Shown here: positions 22,792-32,152 of the stretch, piece after piece | Numbering within the stretch: the stretch's first letter is position 1 | Layout: every line of letters begins with the position of its first letter | From: Elusimicrobiaceae bacterium | GTDB lineage: Bacteria > Elusimicrobiota > Elusimicrobia > Elusimicrobiales > Elusimicrobiaceae | Assembly: GCA_017546175.1 (NCBI GenBank) | Contig: JAFYXM010000003.1 | Coordinates: 51,370 to 115,369 of the forward strand | DNA length: 64,000 nt | Direction: 5' to 3' | The notes under the pieces: model-generated | Told to the model about the DNA's origin: nothing | The model's input: the letters and a program-made list of their open reading frames with translations, nothing else | Databases searched by the model: none | Position numbers and translations under genes: made by a program

Positions 22792-23785
22792 TAACACTGA
22801 ACCTAATTTTGAAGAGTTTATCGGAAAGACGAGAAAAACGTCCCGCATCAGATGGTTTGCGGCGGCGGTAATTTTCGTCTTTTTTGCTTTACTGATTTTT
22901 GTTTCTATTGATTGGGTATTGGGTGCTTTGGTGCATACGCGCCAAGAAGTGCAAGTGCCGGACATTACCAAAAAACCCGTCACGACAGCCTTAGACTCTT
23001 TGGCTACCGTTAATTTGGCTTTAAAACAAGCAGGCGTGGAATTTGCCGAAGGCGTCCCCCCCGGCTCTGTTTTGCGCCAAATTCCTTCTGCCGGCAGCAC
23101 CGTGCGTGAAGGACGTGTGATACGCGTATGGATCAGCCAAGGCGACGAAATGGTATTTGTACCGTCTGTGGAAGGGCTTGATTTGCGCGCGGCACAACTG
23201 GCCATTCGTCAAGCGGGTTTGCAAGTAGAAAAAGTGGAAAATGCCTTTTCTTTAACCGTAGAAAAAGGGCTTATCATTTCCCAAAAACCCAAAGCCGACA
23301 GTATGCTTACCCGTGGGGATAAAGTGGTGCTTACTTTATCTAACGGTCAGCCTCCTGCCAGCGTTATTTTGGTACCTGATTTCCGCAATAAAAAACTGGC
23401 CGAAGCTACCCTGTGGGCCAGCACGCAAAATATGAATTTAACCGTGAAAGAAGACCCGAAATCTCCTTTCCCTTATGGCACGATTGCTACGCAATACCCG
23501 TCTGCCGACAGCCAAGTGGCCCCGGGCTCTGCCTTGGAAATCACCGTCAGCCGCCGTGAAGCTTCTGATGATGAAAAGACCTATCACTTACACTATGAGT
23601 TACCGCAAGGTAAAAAACAAATGCGCATCCGTATCGTCATGACCGACGATAACGGCGAAAGAGAAGTGATTAATGAGTCCAAATTACCCGGTAGCAAAAT
23701 AGATTTAGAAATTCCTTATAGCGGTAAAGCGACGTTCCGTATTTTGTCTGATGGTATCTTGGTCAGAGAGAGAGAAATACAATGA
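22784..23785 (+). CDS. membrane-anchored PASTA-repeat protein without kinase domain
   Basis: Short cytoplasmic N-terminus, one TM (WFAAAVIFVFFALLIFVSI), three PASTA-like units (VPDITKK..., VPSVEGL..., VPDFRNK...), and a C-terminal beta-rich domain. Confidence 0.75.
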   Translation: MTNNTEPNFEEFIGKTRKTSRIRWFAAAVIFVFFALLIFVSIDWVLGALVHTRQEVQVPDITKKPVTTALDSLATVNLALKQAGVEFAEGVPPGSVLRQIPSAGSTVREGRVIRVWISQGDEMVFVPSVEGLDLRAAQLAIRQAGLQVEKVENAFSLTVEKGLIISQKPKADSMLTRGDKVVLTLSNGQPPASVILVPDFRNKKLAEATLWASTQNMNLTVKEDPKSPFPYGTIATQYPSADSQVAPGSALEITVSRREASDDEKTYHLHYELPQGKKQMRIRIVMTDDNGEREVINESKLPGSKIDLEIPYSGKATFRILSDGILVREREIQ

Positions 23786-24468
23786 TTACCCAAAACGGCT
23801 CAAGAAATGGTAAAATAATAATAGCGCCTTCCATTTTGTCGGCCGATTTGTGGAACTTGGGACAAGATGTAGAAGCTGTAAGAGTAGCCGGCGCAGATTG
23901 GTTGCACGTGGACGTAATGGACGGACATTTTGTGCCGAATTTAAGCTTTGGTCCGGCAACGGTAAAAAGTTTAAACGGGCGCGCGCAACTGCCCTTGGAC
24001 GTGCATTTAATGGTGCAACGTCCGTTGAAATTTGTAGAGTCTTTTGCCAAAGCCGGAGCTGATTTTTTAACCGTGCACATTGAAGCAGAGGACGACGTAA
24101 AAGAAGCTCTTTTAACCATTAAAAAGGTAGGCGTAAAAGCAGGTCTTTCCATTAAGCCCGATACAGACCCTGCACGCATTCAACCGTTTTTAGATATTTT
24201 AGATTTGGTCTTAGTGATGACCGTACAGCCGGGGTTCGGCGGGCAAAGTTTCTTACCTTCCAGCCCTGCACAAATTAAAGCCGTACGTGAGCTGATTGAC
24301 CAAAGCGGCCGTTCCATTTTCTTAGAGGTGGACGGCGGCATTAATGCCCAAACCGCGCGTGAGGCGGCCCTAGCAGGAGCAAATGCTTTTGTAGCGGGTA
24401 ATGCCATTTTTGCCGCGCAGGACAAAGCACAGGCCTTGCATGAAATTCGCAAGTCCGCCACGATTTAA
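23782..24468 (+). CDS. rpe: ribulose-phosphate 3-epimerase
   Basis: Motifs IAPSILSAD, LHVDVMDGHFVPN, DVHLMV, MTVQPGFGGQSF, EVDGGI. Confidence 0.93.
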   Translation: MITQNGSRNGKIIIAPSILSADLWNLGQDVEAVRVAGADWLHVDVMDGHFVPNLSFGPATVKSLNGRAQLPLDVHLMVQRPLKFVESFAKAGADFLTVHIEAEDDVKEALLTIKKVGVKAGLSIKPDTDPARIQPFLDILDLVLVMTVQPGFGGQSFLPSSPAQIKAVRELIDQSGRSIFLEVDGGINAQTAREAALAGANAFVAGNAIFAAQDKAQALHEIRKSATI

Positions 24469-24512
24469 TTACACCGCCTTGCAAAAGGCGAATAATAAGG
24501 AGAAGTTAACAC

Positions 24513-24767
24513 ATGGCAGTCGTCATTAGATTACAAAGAGTGGGTAAAAAATCCCATCCGCAATACAGAGTCGTAGCGATTGAAAAGAAAACCGCCGTCG
24601 GTTCTGAAGCTAAAGAAGTATTGGGTATCTATCACCCGTGCAACAAAGAAACCGCTGAACAGGTCAAATTGGACATGGCTCGCGTAAACCATTGGATTAA
24701 AAATGGTGCCAAACCGTCTGAAACGGTAGCCAGCTTGATCAAAAAAGCCGAAGCCGCCGCTAAATAA
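24513..24767 (+). CDS. rpsP: 30S ribosomal protein S16
   Basis: MAVVIRLQRVGKKSHPQYRVVA... Confidence 0.93.
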   Translation: MAVVIRLQRVGKKSHPQYRVVAIEKKTAVGSEAKEVLGIYHPCNKETAEQVKLDMARVNHWIKNGAKPSETVASLIKKAEAAAK

Positions 24768-24772
24768 GTTTT

Positions 24773-25003
24773 ATGAAAGAGTTAGCCACTATCCTTCTCA
24801 AATCGCTCTCCGCTAATCCGGACAATGTGGTGGTAGAAGAAAAAGTTGAGAATACGAAAGTTTACCTGACTACCAAAGTATCTGCAGAAGATAAAGGGAA
24901 AGTCATTGGTAAAGACGGCTGTATCATTAAAGCTGTACGCACGGTGCTCAGCGCTGCGGCAGCAAAAAAGAACGTGAAAGTCACGCTCAAATTGGAAGAC
25001 TAA
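24773..25003 (+). CDS. KH-domain RNA-binding protein (YlqC/UPF0109 family)
   Basis: 76 aa with VIGKDGCIIKAVRTVL. Conserved position between rpsP and trmD. Confidence 0.8.
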   Translation: MKELATILLKSLSANPDNVVVEEKVENTKVYLTTKVSAEDKGKVIGKDGCIIKAVRTVLSAAAAKKNVKVTLKLED

Positions 25004-25740
25004 TGCTAAAGGTAGATGTCGTTACCGCTTTTGCCGATATGATAGACGGCCCTTTGGGCCAGAGCATTGTAGGCAGAGCACGCAAGGCCGGTATTATAGA
25101 GCTTGGGTTCACCAACCCGCGCGATTTTACTGACGATAAACACAAAACCTTGGACGACAGACCCTACGGGGGCGGCCCCGGAATGCTGATGAAAGCAGAG
25201 CCGCTCTACCAAGCTATTAAGAAACTTCGCAAAAAAAACTCGGTGGTTATTTTGACAAGTCCGCGCGGACAAAAGTTCACGCAGACCTTGGCTAAAGAAC
25301 TGGCCAAAAAGAAACACCTGATTTTCGTTTGCGGACATTATGAGGGGATAGACGAGCGCGTGTATCCCGAAATGGACATGGAAGTATCGCTGGGAGATTT
25401 TATTCTCACCGGCGGCGAACTGGCAGCGGCTGTGATGATAGATGCAATCACGCGGCTCGTGCCGGGGACTTTCAAAAAACAAGATGTAACTGTTTCCGAA
25501 TCGTTTGAAGAAGGGCTTTTGGAAGCCCCGCAATACACCCGGCCCGAGGTGTGGCGCGGTAAAAAAGTGCCCGAGATCCTTTTAAGCGGTCACCACGCAG
25601 AAATGGAAAAGTGGAAAAGGGAACAAGCGCTGGAATTAACCAAAAAATATAGACCCGATTTGCTAACAACCTCTCAGGCAAAAAAGGCCACAACGAAAAA
25701 GGGTGTCAAAAAGACCCCCAAGAAAAAAACAACGAAATGA
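25003..25740 (+). CDS. trmD: tRNA (guanine37-N1)-methyltransferase TrmD with a Lys-rich C-terminal tail
   Basis: Motifs DDRPYGGGPGMLMK, CGHYEGIDERV, SLGDFILTGGE. The tail is KKATTKKGVKKTPKKKTTK. Confidence 0.92.
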   Translation: MLKVDVVTAFADMIDGPLGQSIVGRARKAGIIELGFTNPRDFTDDKHKTLDDRPYGGGPGMLMKAEPLYQAIKKLRKKNSVVILTSPRGQKFTQTLAKELAKKKHLIFVCGHYEGIDERVYPEMDMEVSLGDFILTGGELAAAVMIDAITRLVPGTFKKQDVTVSESFEEGLLEAPQYTRPEVWRGKKVPEILLSGHHAEMEKWKREQALELTKKYRPDLLTTSQAKKATTKKGVKKTPKKKTTK

Positions 25741-25763
25741 ATTTTCGGAGGAAGTAAAAAGTT

Positions 25764-26153
25764 ATGAACATCAACGAAATTAAACACAATCTTAAAACCG
25801 ATATTCCGTCCTTCAAATCCGGTGATACGGTGCGCGTAAAAGTAAAAGTAGTAGAAGGCGACAATGAAAGAGTGCAAGCTTTTGACGGCGTAGTTATCGC
25901 CCGCAAAGGCAGCGGCATCAGCGAAACTTTCACCGTACGCAAAACCTCTTTCGGTATCGGTGTGGAAAGAATTTTCCCCTTGCATTCCCCCCGCGTGGAA
26001 AGCATTGAAGTATTAAAACACGGCAAAGTAAGAAGAGCCAAACTCAACTTCTTGAAGAAGCTCTCCGGTAAAGCCGCCCGCTTGCAGGAAATCAAAAAGC
26101 CGGTAGCCAAAGCTACGGAAGAAGCTGCCGCTCCTGCCGAAGAGGCCAAATAA
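25764..26153 (+). CDS. rplS: 50S ribosomal protein L19
   Basis: Motifs [36 protein letters not shown]. Confidence 0.93.
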   Translation: MNINEIKHNLKTDIPSFKSGDTVRVKVKVVEGDNERVQAFDGVVIARKGSGISETFTVRKTSFGIGVERIFPLHSPRVESIEVLKHGKVRRAKLNFLKKLSGKAARLQEIKKPVAKATEEAAAPAEEAK

Positions 26154-26185
26154 CTAGCCTTCGGGCCAATTATTTCCTCCAATTT

Positions 26186-26215
26186 AAAACCCCGCTCTTA
26201 GGAGCGGGGTTTATT
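26186..26215. terminator. bidirectional terminator (rplS / pilin-like gene)
   Basis: ACCCCGCTC-TTAG-GAGCGGGGT flanked by an A-run and a T-rich run. Confidence 0.75.
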
Positions 26216-26223
26216 ATTTTTAA

Positions 26224-26700
26224 CTAGACTTCTTCCCAACCTTGAGCCCACAAACTACGACAAATTTTTTCAGCATATGGGAACTCTTCATAAGCTCCAC
26301 AAAAACGATCCCATTTCCCACTTGATACATTTTGATTAAATTGGAGTTCATACACTAATGAAGAATTTTCTTTTCTTTCTATAAATATTATAAAGCCATC
26401 TTCACTCCATCCAATGGTATATTTAAAATAATTACTGCTACATTTATTATTTTCTTCACAATCGATAATGTGACTGAAATCCATTGATAGCAAATTGGGA
26501 TCAAAATTATTAGTATTTACCCCTCCATTTTCCATTACATAAATATCCAGTGCATGTTGTAGAGCAGAGGCGTTTTGTAGAGCCTCACTTAATCTAGCTT
26601 TTTCCACCGCGGTGGTATATTGTGGCAGAGCTACTGCCGATAAGATACCGATAATCAGTACCACTACTAAGAGTTCTATTAATGTAAAACCTCTTTTCAT
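26224..26700 (-). CDS. type IV pilin-like / pseudopilin protein (prepilin N-terminal methylation motif)
   Basis: MKRGFTLIELLVVVLIIGILSAVALPQY... Confidence 0.85.
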   Translation of the reverse strand: MKRGFTLIELLVVVLIIGILSAVALPQYTTAVEKARLSEALQNASALQHALDIYVMENGGVNTNNFDPNLLSMDFSHIIDCEENNKCSSNYFKYTIGWSEDGFIIFIERKENSSLVYELQFNQNVSSGKWDRFCGAYEEFPYAEKICRSLWAQGWEEV

Positions 26701-26721
26701 TTCTTTTCTCCTTTTTTAGTC

Positions 26722-26768
26722 CAATTTTTCCTACGAAAAAATTGTACAAAAAAAAAAAACCGAGTCAA
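26722..26768 (-). promoter_or_regulatory. conserved pilin promoter cassette: TTGACT - 16 nt (T-run) - TACAAT, with a palindrome overlapping the -10
   Basis: -35 at 26763-26768 and -10 at 26741-26746 (minus-strand sense). Palindrome CAATTTTT / AAAAATTG at 26722-26744. Leader CTAAAAAAGGAG. Confidence 0.6.
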
Positions 26769-26802
26769 GCCCCGCTACACTTTCCCGTCGGATAACAACC
26801 AA

Positions 26803-26865
26803 AAAGCCCTTGTTTTCAACAAGGGCTTTTTATCAAAAAAGAGCACCTTAAAAGGTGCTCTTAAA
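26803..26865 (-). terminator. two tandem terminators after the upstream pilin-like gene
   Basis: AAGCCCTTGTT-TTCA-ACAAGGGCTT and AGAGCACCTT-AA-AAGGTGCTCT, each flanked by A/T runs. Confidence 0.7.
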
Positions 26866-26892
26866 GTTTTTTATATAAAATATCTTATGCAA

Positions 26893-27372
26893 TTACGGCA
26901 TGATATATCCGCCGTTCACTCCATCATGCACACCGCCAAGTTCTTTACAATAATCTTTGGACAAATCGCTATTTAAACAGCGGATAGAATCCAAATTCTG
27001 AGGTAGGACCAAGTAATATATCTCTTTTCCTCCCTTGAAACGATTCGCAAAGATACTTCCAGAATTTTGAAATAGATATTCCCAATTTTTCGTTTTTACA
27101 CAATAACCATTTGAAGAACAGCCCGTTTTTGTAATTTCACCGGGCAAGTCGATATCCAAAGCCGTTTCATCAGTAATAACACAGTCATACCATGCATTCC
27201 CGGCTAATTCACACAGCTCTCTATTTTTATGTAAAGCATTTAAAATAATACGAGCCTCTACAAGGTGGGATTTTTCTACCGCTTTCTCATAACGAGGCAA
27301 AGCAATAGCTGACAAAATGCCGATAATAAGTACAACAACCAACAATTCTATCAAGGTAAAACCTCTTTTCAT
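26893..27372 (-). CDS. type IV pilin-like / pseudopilin protein
   Basis: MKRGFTLIELLVVVLIIGILSAIALPRY... Confidence 0.85.
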   Translation of the reverse strand: MKRGFTLIELLVVVLIIGILSAIALPRYEKAVEKSHLVEARIILNALHKNRELCELAGNAWYDCVITDETALDIDLPGEITKTGCSSNGYCVKTKNWEYLFQNSGSIFANRFKGGKEIYYLVLPQNLDSIRCLNSDLSKDYCKELGGVHDGVNGGYIMP

Positions 27373-27395
27373 TTTTTTCTCCTTTTTTAGTTTTT

Positions 27396-27425
27396 GCTAT
27401 AATTTTATTTCAAAAAAATTATAGC
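27396..27425 (-). promoter_or_regulatory. pilin promoter cassette variant: extended -10 TGCTATAAT inside an 11-bp-arm palindrome
   Basis: GCTATAATTTT / AAAATTATAGC at 27396-27406 / 27415-27425. TATAAT at 27418-27423 (minus-strand sense). Confidence 0.5.
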
Positions 27426-27476
27426 AAAAAAACGGCAAAGATTTTTCTTTTTCCCCGAAGAAAAAACCTCAAACAA

Positions 27477-27505
27477 AAAGTCCCTGTCAGAAACAGGGAC
27501 TTTTA
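27477..27505 (-). terminator. Rho-independent terminator after the asmA-like gene
   Basis: On the minus strand: AAGTCCCTGT-TTCTG-ACAGGGACTT followed by TTTT. Confidence 0.7.
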
Positions 27506-27525
27506 AATAAAAAACTTTTTATTTA

Positions 27526-29700
27526 TTATTTTTCCGTTTCCTTTTTCTTACTACTCTTAAACAAACTGCCGATACCGCTAAAAATTTTCTTTACCGAGCG
27601 GCTGACAAAATTGTTCCCCACCCCTTGCGTAACTGTGGAGAACATGGAAGAAGATAAATTCATTTTTCCCTGCGGCGCGGTCATTGTACCGCCGATGTCC
27701 AACGTCAGTGGCATGATTCCCCCTTCGTAGTGGCGGCCGGGAGCGGCATAAACGGTCATATCCAAGGCCTGCGTTTGAAAATTCATTTCCCCCTGCAAAT
27801 TAAACGAAAGCATATCCGATACAAAAGAGCCTTTTTCCACATCCGCAACACCGTCATTAAACGTAATATCCGTGGCAAACTGCTCAAAGGCCCAACGCCC
27901 GTCTATTTTTTCGCTGTCATGGGGTACCATGATTTGAATTTCTTTGCCGTTTTCGTCCAGTACTGTTTGCACAATCATATCCCCATCACGGTTATTTTTA
28001 TCCGCACCGCCGCCAAGGCTGCTGAGTACCCCAAATACATTTAAGCTGTTAATCACATCGCTCACCACTTTTAAAGAGCTAAACATTACTTTCGTCACGG
28101 CATTGGCATTGGTAAGGCGGTTTAAGTCCTTTATTTCCCCCTGCCCCGTACTCAAAGCCAAAGTCCCATGCGCTTTGGAAAGGGCCGCCGTGATATGGCG
28201 CATATCGGCGGCAAAGTGAATGTCTTTTCCGTAGATAAACGGTGCATCTAAAGAAGCGATATCCACATTCACTTTGGCATGAATGGGCGGAAAAGGCCAT
28301 GCATTTTCTTTCGTTTCTGCTTTCTGAGCAGGAGTTTGCTGCTGTTGTTTGGGCGTAGGTAAAGCAAGACGGTCTGCTTTAAAATCAGCATTCAACGTGA
28401 TATCCTGCTCGGTGCGAGCCAAAGCCAAGCTCCCACGGAAAGGTCCGTCGTTTAAAATTCCTTCCAATTTCTCTATTTTAAGCTGATTCAAGCTTTCCAG
28501 CAGGACCTGTGTGTTAAATTCTTTCAGAGTTCCCACAATGGGCATATACGCGGCAACAGATTGCAAAATAATATCAGCCTGCAGCTGTTGCTCGCTGGCT
28601 TGCGCCGTCGCTTTCACGATACCGCCTAATTGATACGGCTGCAACATAGGTACCGCCTGAGAAATACCGGTCAAATTTAGCTGCGCATCTCCGTTTACGC
28701 TAAAGGAAAGAGGCTCGGCCCAAGATAAATTACCTCGTAGAGAAACCGCAGAATCCATAGCGGAAAAGTTAAATTTAGAAATATCCAAGCGCTGTTTTTG
28801 CAAATCAGCCAAGGCGGATAAATCCAAAGTAAATTTTTTAATAAAAAACTCAGGGATATCAGAAACCAAAAAATCGGCCAGTTTTTGATTGATATTTTTC
28901 CCCTTCACGGAAAGGCTTATATCGGGAGTTTGAAAATTTTTAACCTTTCCCTCGGCCACAAACACACCCCCCTCATGCTTGATAACCCCATGTTTAAGCA
29001 ACACTTCGGCCAAGGTCAAATCCATTTTTTGCAAGTTAATAAAAGTGGCAATCCCCATTTCTATTTTTTGAGCGGGCCAAACGGAGTTTTGATATAAAAG
29101 ATCGGCATTGATGTTAAGCGGAAAGCTTTTATCAAAAGAAAAATTTTGCACGGAAAGATAAACGTCGTTCAGTTCTATACTTTCGGCTTTTTGTTCGTCT
29201 GAGAAAGAAAAACGGCTGTTGCGCAAAGTAAAATTTTTTAAAGATAAATCAGGAAAAGAAACTTCTTTTTTTTCTTGAGCAGTTGTATCTTTTACGCCAG
29301 AGGACAGACCAAACAAACCGTCAAAATTAAAACGGCCTCCCTCGTGACGGACAATTTGGGCCGATAATTGCTCCAATAAAACAGCATCTATTTTAATATG
29401 CCCTTTCAATAAATACCACGGATTCCAGCGAAAGAAAATTTCTTTAGCGGAAAACAATTCTTGCGCCTCTTGCGGCGTAGCGGAAAAAGCAATTTTCACG
29501 TTTTTTATGGCAAAACCCGAAAAGCGCAAAACCACCTGCTGCATTTCCACAGGGCGGCCCGCAAAATCTGTTACTTTTTGCTGCAGGAAATTTTGCACAG
29601 GGCGCAAAGGGACAATCCCTTTGAAAATAATTTCCATATTTAGCCACATTCCCCCGATAATGGCTAAAATGATGTAAAGCCCGTTAAGACACTTTTTCAT
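27526..29700 (-). CDS. AsmA-family outer-membrane biogenesis protein
   Basis: 724 aa with an N-terminal anchor, then a long beta-rich repetitive region and an AsmA-like C-terminus. The call rests on architecture rather than on a strict motif. Confidence 0.6.
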   Translation of the reverse strand: MKKCLNGLYIILAIIGGMWLNMEIIFKGIVPLRPVQNFLQQKVTDFAGRPVEMQQVVLRFSGFAIKNVKIAFSATPQEAQELFSAKEIFFRWNPWYLLKGHIKIDAVLLEQLSAQIVRHEGGRFNFDGLFGLSSGVKDTTAQEKKEVSFPDLSLKNFTLRNSRFSFSDEQKAESIELNDVYLSVQNFSFDKSFPLNINADLLYQNSVWPAQKIEMGIATFINLQKMDLTLAEVLLKHGVIKHEGGVFVAEGKVKNFQTPDISLSVKGKNINQKLADFLVSDIPEFFIKKFTLDLSALADLQKQRLDISKFNFSAMDSAVSLRGNLSWAEPLSFSVNGDAQLNLTGISQAVPMLQPYQLGGIVKATAQASEQQLQADIILQSVAAYMPIVGTLKEFNTQVLLESLNQLKIEKLEGILNDGPFRGSLALARTEQDITLNADFKADRLALPTPKQQQQTPAQKAETKENAWPFPPIHAKVNVDIASLDAPFIYGKDIHFAADMRHITAALSKAHGTLALSTGQGEIKDLNRLTNANAVTKVMFSSLKVVSDVINSLNVFGVLSSLGGGADKNNRDGDMIVQTVLDENGKEIQIMVPHDSEKIDGRWAFEQFATDITFNDGVADVEKGSFVSDMLSFNLQGEMNFQTQALDMTVYAAPGRHYEGGIMPLTLDIGGTMTAPQGKMNLSSSMFSTVTQGVGNNFVSRSVKKIFSGIGSLFKSSKKKETEK

Positions 29701-30244
29701 TTCTCCCCCTCCGGCTATATATACAACCGCAATACGTTTGATTGTATAACTGCATTTCTTTGTTTAATGCGCGGCGCAACTCCTCCAGTCCCCCTTTGCG
29801 CCAGTTCGTTTCATCATAGGGTATTCCCACTTTTTCTGCCGCTTTGCGTCCTTGTTCGTTTACTTGCGCCAAATCTTTGTGGCGGGATATGCCTAAAACG
29901 GACGAAAATGCCGCAAAACCATTTTCTTTAGCATATTGGGCCGTACGCAGCAAGCGCAAATAAAAACACGCGCTGCACCGCTTTCCGCGCTCCGGTTCGC
30001 ATTCTAAACCTTTGACCGCTTCTTGCCAAACCTCCGGCTCATAGGGAAGTTCTACAAAAGGTACCCCCAATTTTTCACACACCCTTTTATTTTCCAATAA
30101 ACGCTTTTGGTATTCTTGCGCTTGGTCAATGTTCGGGTTATAAAATAATACGCTAAATGAGCGCTCTTGCAAGGCCAATTTTTTAATTACACCGCAAGAA
30201 CAGGGCGCGCAACAAGATAATAAGAGGAGTTTTTCTTCGGACAT
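29684..30244 (-). CDS. queH: epoxyqueuosine reductase QueH (DUF208)
   Basis: Motifs LLLSCCAPCS, FYNPNI, RCSACFYLRL, YNQTYCGCIYS. Confidence 0.85.
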   Translation of the reverse strand: MSEEKLLLLSCCAPCSCGVIKKLALQERSFSVLFYNPNIDQAQEYQKRLLENKRVCEKLGVPFVELPYEPEVWQEAVKGLECEPERGKRCSACFYLRLLRTAQYAKENGFAAFSSVLGISRHKDLAQVNEQGRKAAEKVGIPYDETNWRKGGLEELRRALNKEMQLYNQTYCGCIYSRRGRNEKVS

Positions 30245-30275
30245 AACTTAATTATAGCAGTTTACTCAGCACGCA

Positions 30276-30302
30276 AAAAAGCCGCCCCGAAAGGCGGCTT
30301 TT
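30276..30302 (-). terminator. terminator after rpsA
   Basis: AAAAGCCGCC-CCGAA-AGGCGGCTTTT, with TTTTTT following on the minus strand. Confidence 0.75.
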
Positions 30303-30319
30303 CAATTACACGTCTAAAC

Positions 30320-31510
30320 TTAGTTTTCTTCGGTCTCGGTTTCTTCGGTTTTGAAAGAATCTTCCAAGAGTTGACCCAAAGTCGGGCGCGGGGCTTGTTT
30401 TAAGTATTGAGCCACCACTTTGCGGTTTTGGGCTTGGTCGTATTTCTTAACGGAGAGGTTGACCGTGAAGGTTTCCGGATTGACACCGACTACCAAAGCG
30501 GTAATCACATCACCCACATTGGCCGTAAATTCGCGGCCCATTTCAAAGGGGCTGATGAAAGCTTTGGTATTGTTTTTACCGATGGTGCATTCCACGCCTT
30601 CTTCTTCAGAAATCTTTTCAATTTTGGCTTTGACGGAGCTCTTGTACGGATAGCGGCGTTTCAAAGCGTCGGCCGGATTTAAGAAAAGTTGTTTCAAACC
30701 AAATTCGAGTCTCGGGGTTTCTTTGTCCAATTTTAATAATTTGGCTTTCAAGCGTTGACCGCGGCGGAAATTGGCAATAGCGGTTTCGGGTTCTTTCCAA
30801 GCAATATTTTCCAAGGTTACAATGCCTTCAATACCGTGGAAGCGCAAGAACAAGCGTTCTTTATCTACTTTGGCTACCACTACGCGCAAAATTTCGCCTT
30901 CTTTAATTTGGCCTAATACTTCGGTGCGGCGCACGGCTTCATCTTCTTCCAACACTTGTTTGCGCGAAACAATGAGTTTTTGTTTTTCTTTAGAAAATTC
31001 TACGATAACGGCTTTAATTTTAGCACCGACGGGCAAATAATGTTTGTAAGCAGTGTGAAGCTCAGACAAAGAAAGAGGCATAAAGCCGCTAACGCCCAAT
31101 ACTTCCACAATATAACCGCCTTTTACCGTTTGCAAAATTACGCCTTTGACGCGTTCTTTGCTGTCATAAGCAGCTTTACACAAGTCCCAACCTTTCATTT
31201 CCAAGGCTTTTTTATGAGACAAGATAGAGTGTCTTTCGTCGCTACCGCGTTTAACGAGCACAGCAGAAACTTTTTCCCCCACGGCGGGCAAGGTTTTGCC
31301 GTCAAATTCGGAAACCAAGATGGCTCCTTCTTTTTTGGCGCCGGTATCAACCAAAATATAATCTCCGGAAATTTGTACAACCGTTACTTCCACAATCTCA
31401 CGTTTATTCAACTGTTCAGATAAAGACTCTTGTTGAGCGATCAACTGGTCCATAGTCATTTCAGCTTCGTTGATCTCTTCCGTGGTTTTGATTTCTTCGT
31501 TCATTGTCAT
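30320..31510 (-). CDS. rpsA: 30S ribosomal protein S1 (short form with multiple S1 domains)
   Basis: 396 aa with repeated S1/OB units (e.g. GVILQTVKGGYIVEVLGVSGFMPLS). The cmk-rpsA neighbourhood is typical. Confidence 0.8.
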   Translation of the reverse strand: MTMNEEIKTTEEINEAEMTMDQLIAQQESLSEQLNKREIVEVTVVQISGDYILVDTGAKKEGAILVSEFDGKTLPAVGEKVSAVLVKRGSDERHSILSHKKALEMKGWDLCKAAYDSKERVKGVILQTVKGGYIVEVLGVSGFMPLSLSELHTAYKHYLPVGAKIKAVIVEFSKEKQKLIVSRKQVLEEDEAVRRTEVLGQIKEGEILRVVVAKVDKERLFLRFHGIEGIVTLENIAWKEPETAIANFRRGQRLKAKLLKLDKETPRLEFGLKQLFLNPADALKRRYPYKSSVKAKIEKISEEEGVECTIGKNNTKAFISPFEMGREFTANVGDVITALVVGVNPETFTVNLSVKKYDQAQNRKVVAQYLKQAPRPTLGQLLEDSFKTEETETEEN

Positions 31511-31558
31511 AAGTCCTTATTTACGCCACGCTCTTACGAGTTAGGCGCGTTCCTCCGT

Positions 31559-32152
31559 TTAGATAGTAATTGAATTTATTTTGTCCATTATTTCATTGGC
31601 AAATTGTTTATATTGCGCCTTAGGTTCTAAGGCGGGGTCCTTCTGCAAGGTAATCGGTGTGCCGAATTTTAGGCGGATTTTACGCACCCACGGCCAACCA
31701 AACGTACCTTCTATTTTTACGGGTAACACGGGCGCACCCGTTTTATATACTAAAAATCCGATTCCGCTTTTGGGCTTTTGCGGTTTTCCCGTTTTGGAGC
31801 GAGTCCCCTCTGGAAACATCACCACACTTTCGCCTTTATTCAAAGCATGAATGGCCCCTTCCAAAGCACCGAAATCGCCAATTGTGCGTTTGCGATCTAC
31901 GGAAATATAACCGCAACGGCGGAAAAACCAACCAAGCACAGGGATTTCAAACAGTTCCTTTTTGGCCATGAAGCGAGAATCGCGCACTAAACCCGCAAAA
32001 CCGCCGATGGCCGGAGGATCGGCATTGGATAAATGATTGCCGGCAATAATCAGCGCACCGGTTTTGGGAATATTTTCCAAACCTTCTACGCGGAAATCAT
32101 AAAAAACTTTAAAGAACACCCTTGCACTAAATTTTACCAAATTAAGAAGCAT
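31559..32152 (-). CDS. plsC: 1-acyl-sn-glycerol-3-phosphate acyltransferase
   Basis: Motifs AGNHLSNADP, FPEGTRS. Confidence 0.85.
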   Translation of the reverse strand: MLLNLVKFSARVFFKVFYDFRVEGLENIPKTGALIIAGNHLSNADPPAIGGFAGLVRDSRFMAKKELFEIPVLGWFFRRCGYISVDRKRTIGDFGALEGAIHALNKGESVVMFPEGTRSKTGKPQKPKSGIGFLVYKTGAPVLPVKIEGTFGWPWVRKIRLKFGTPITLQKDPALEPKAQYKQFANEIMDKINSITI

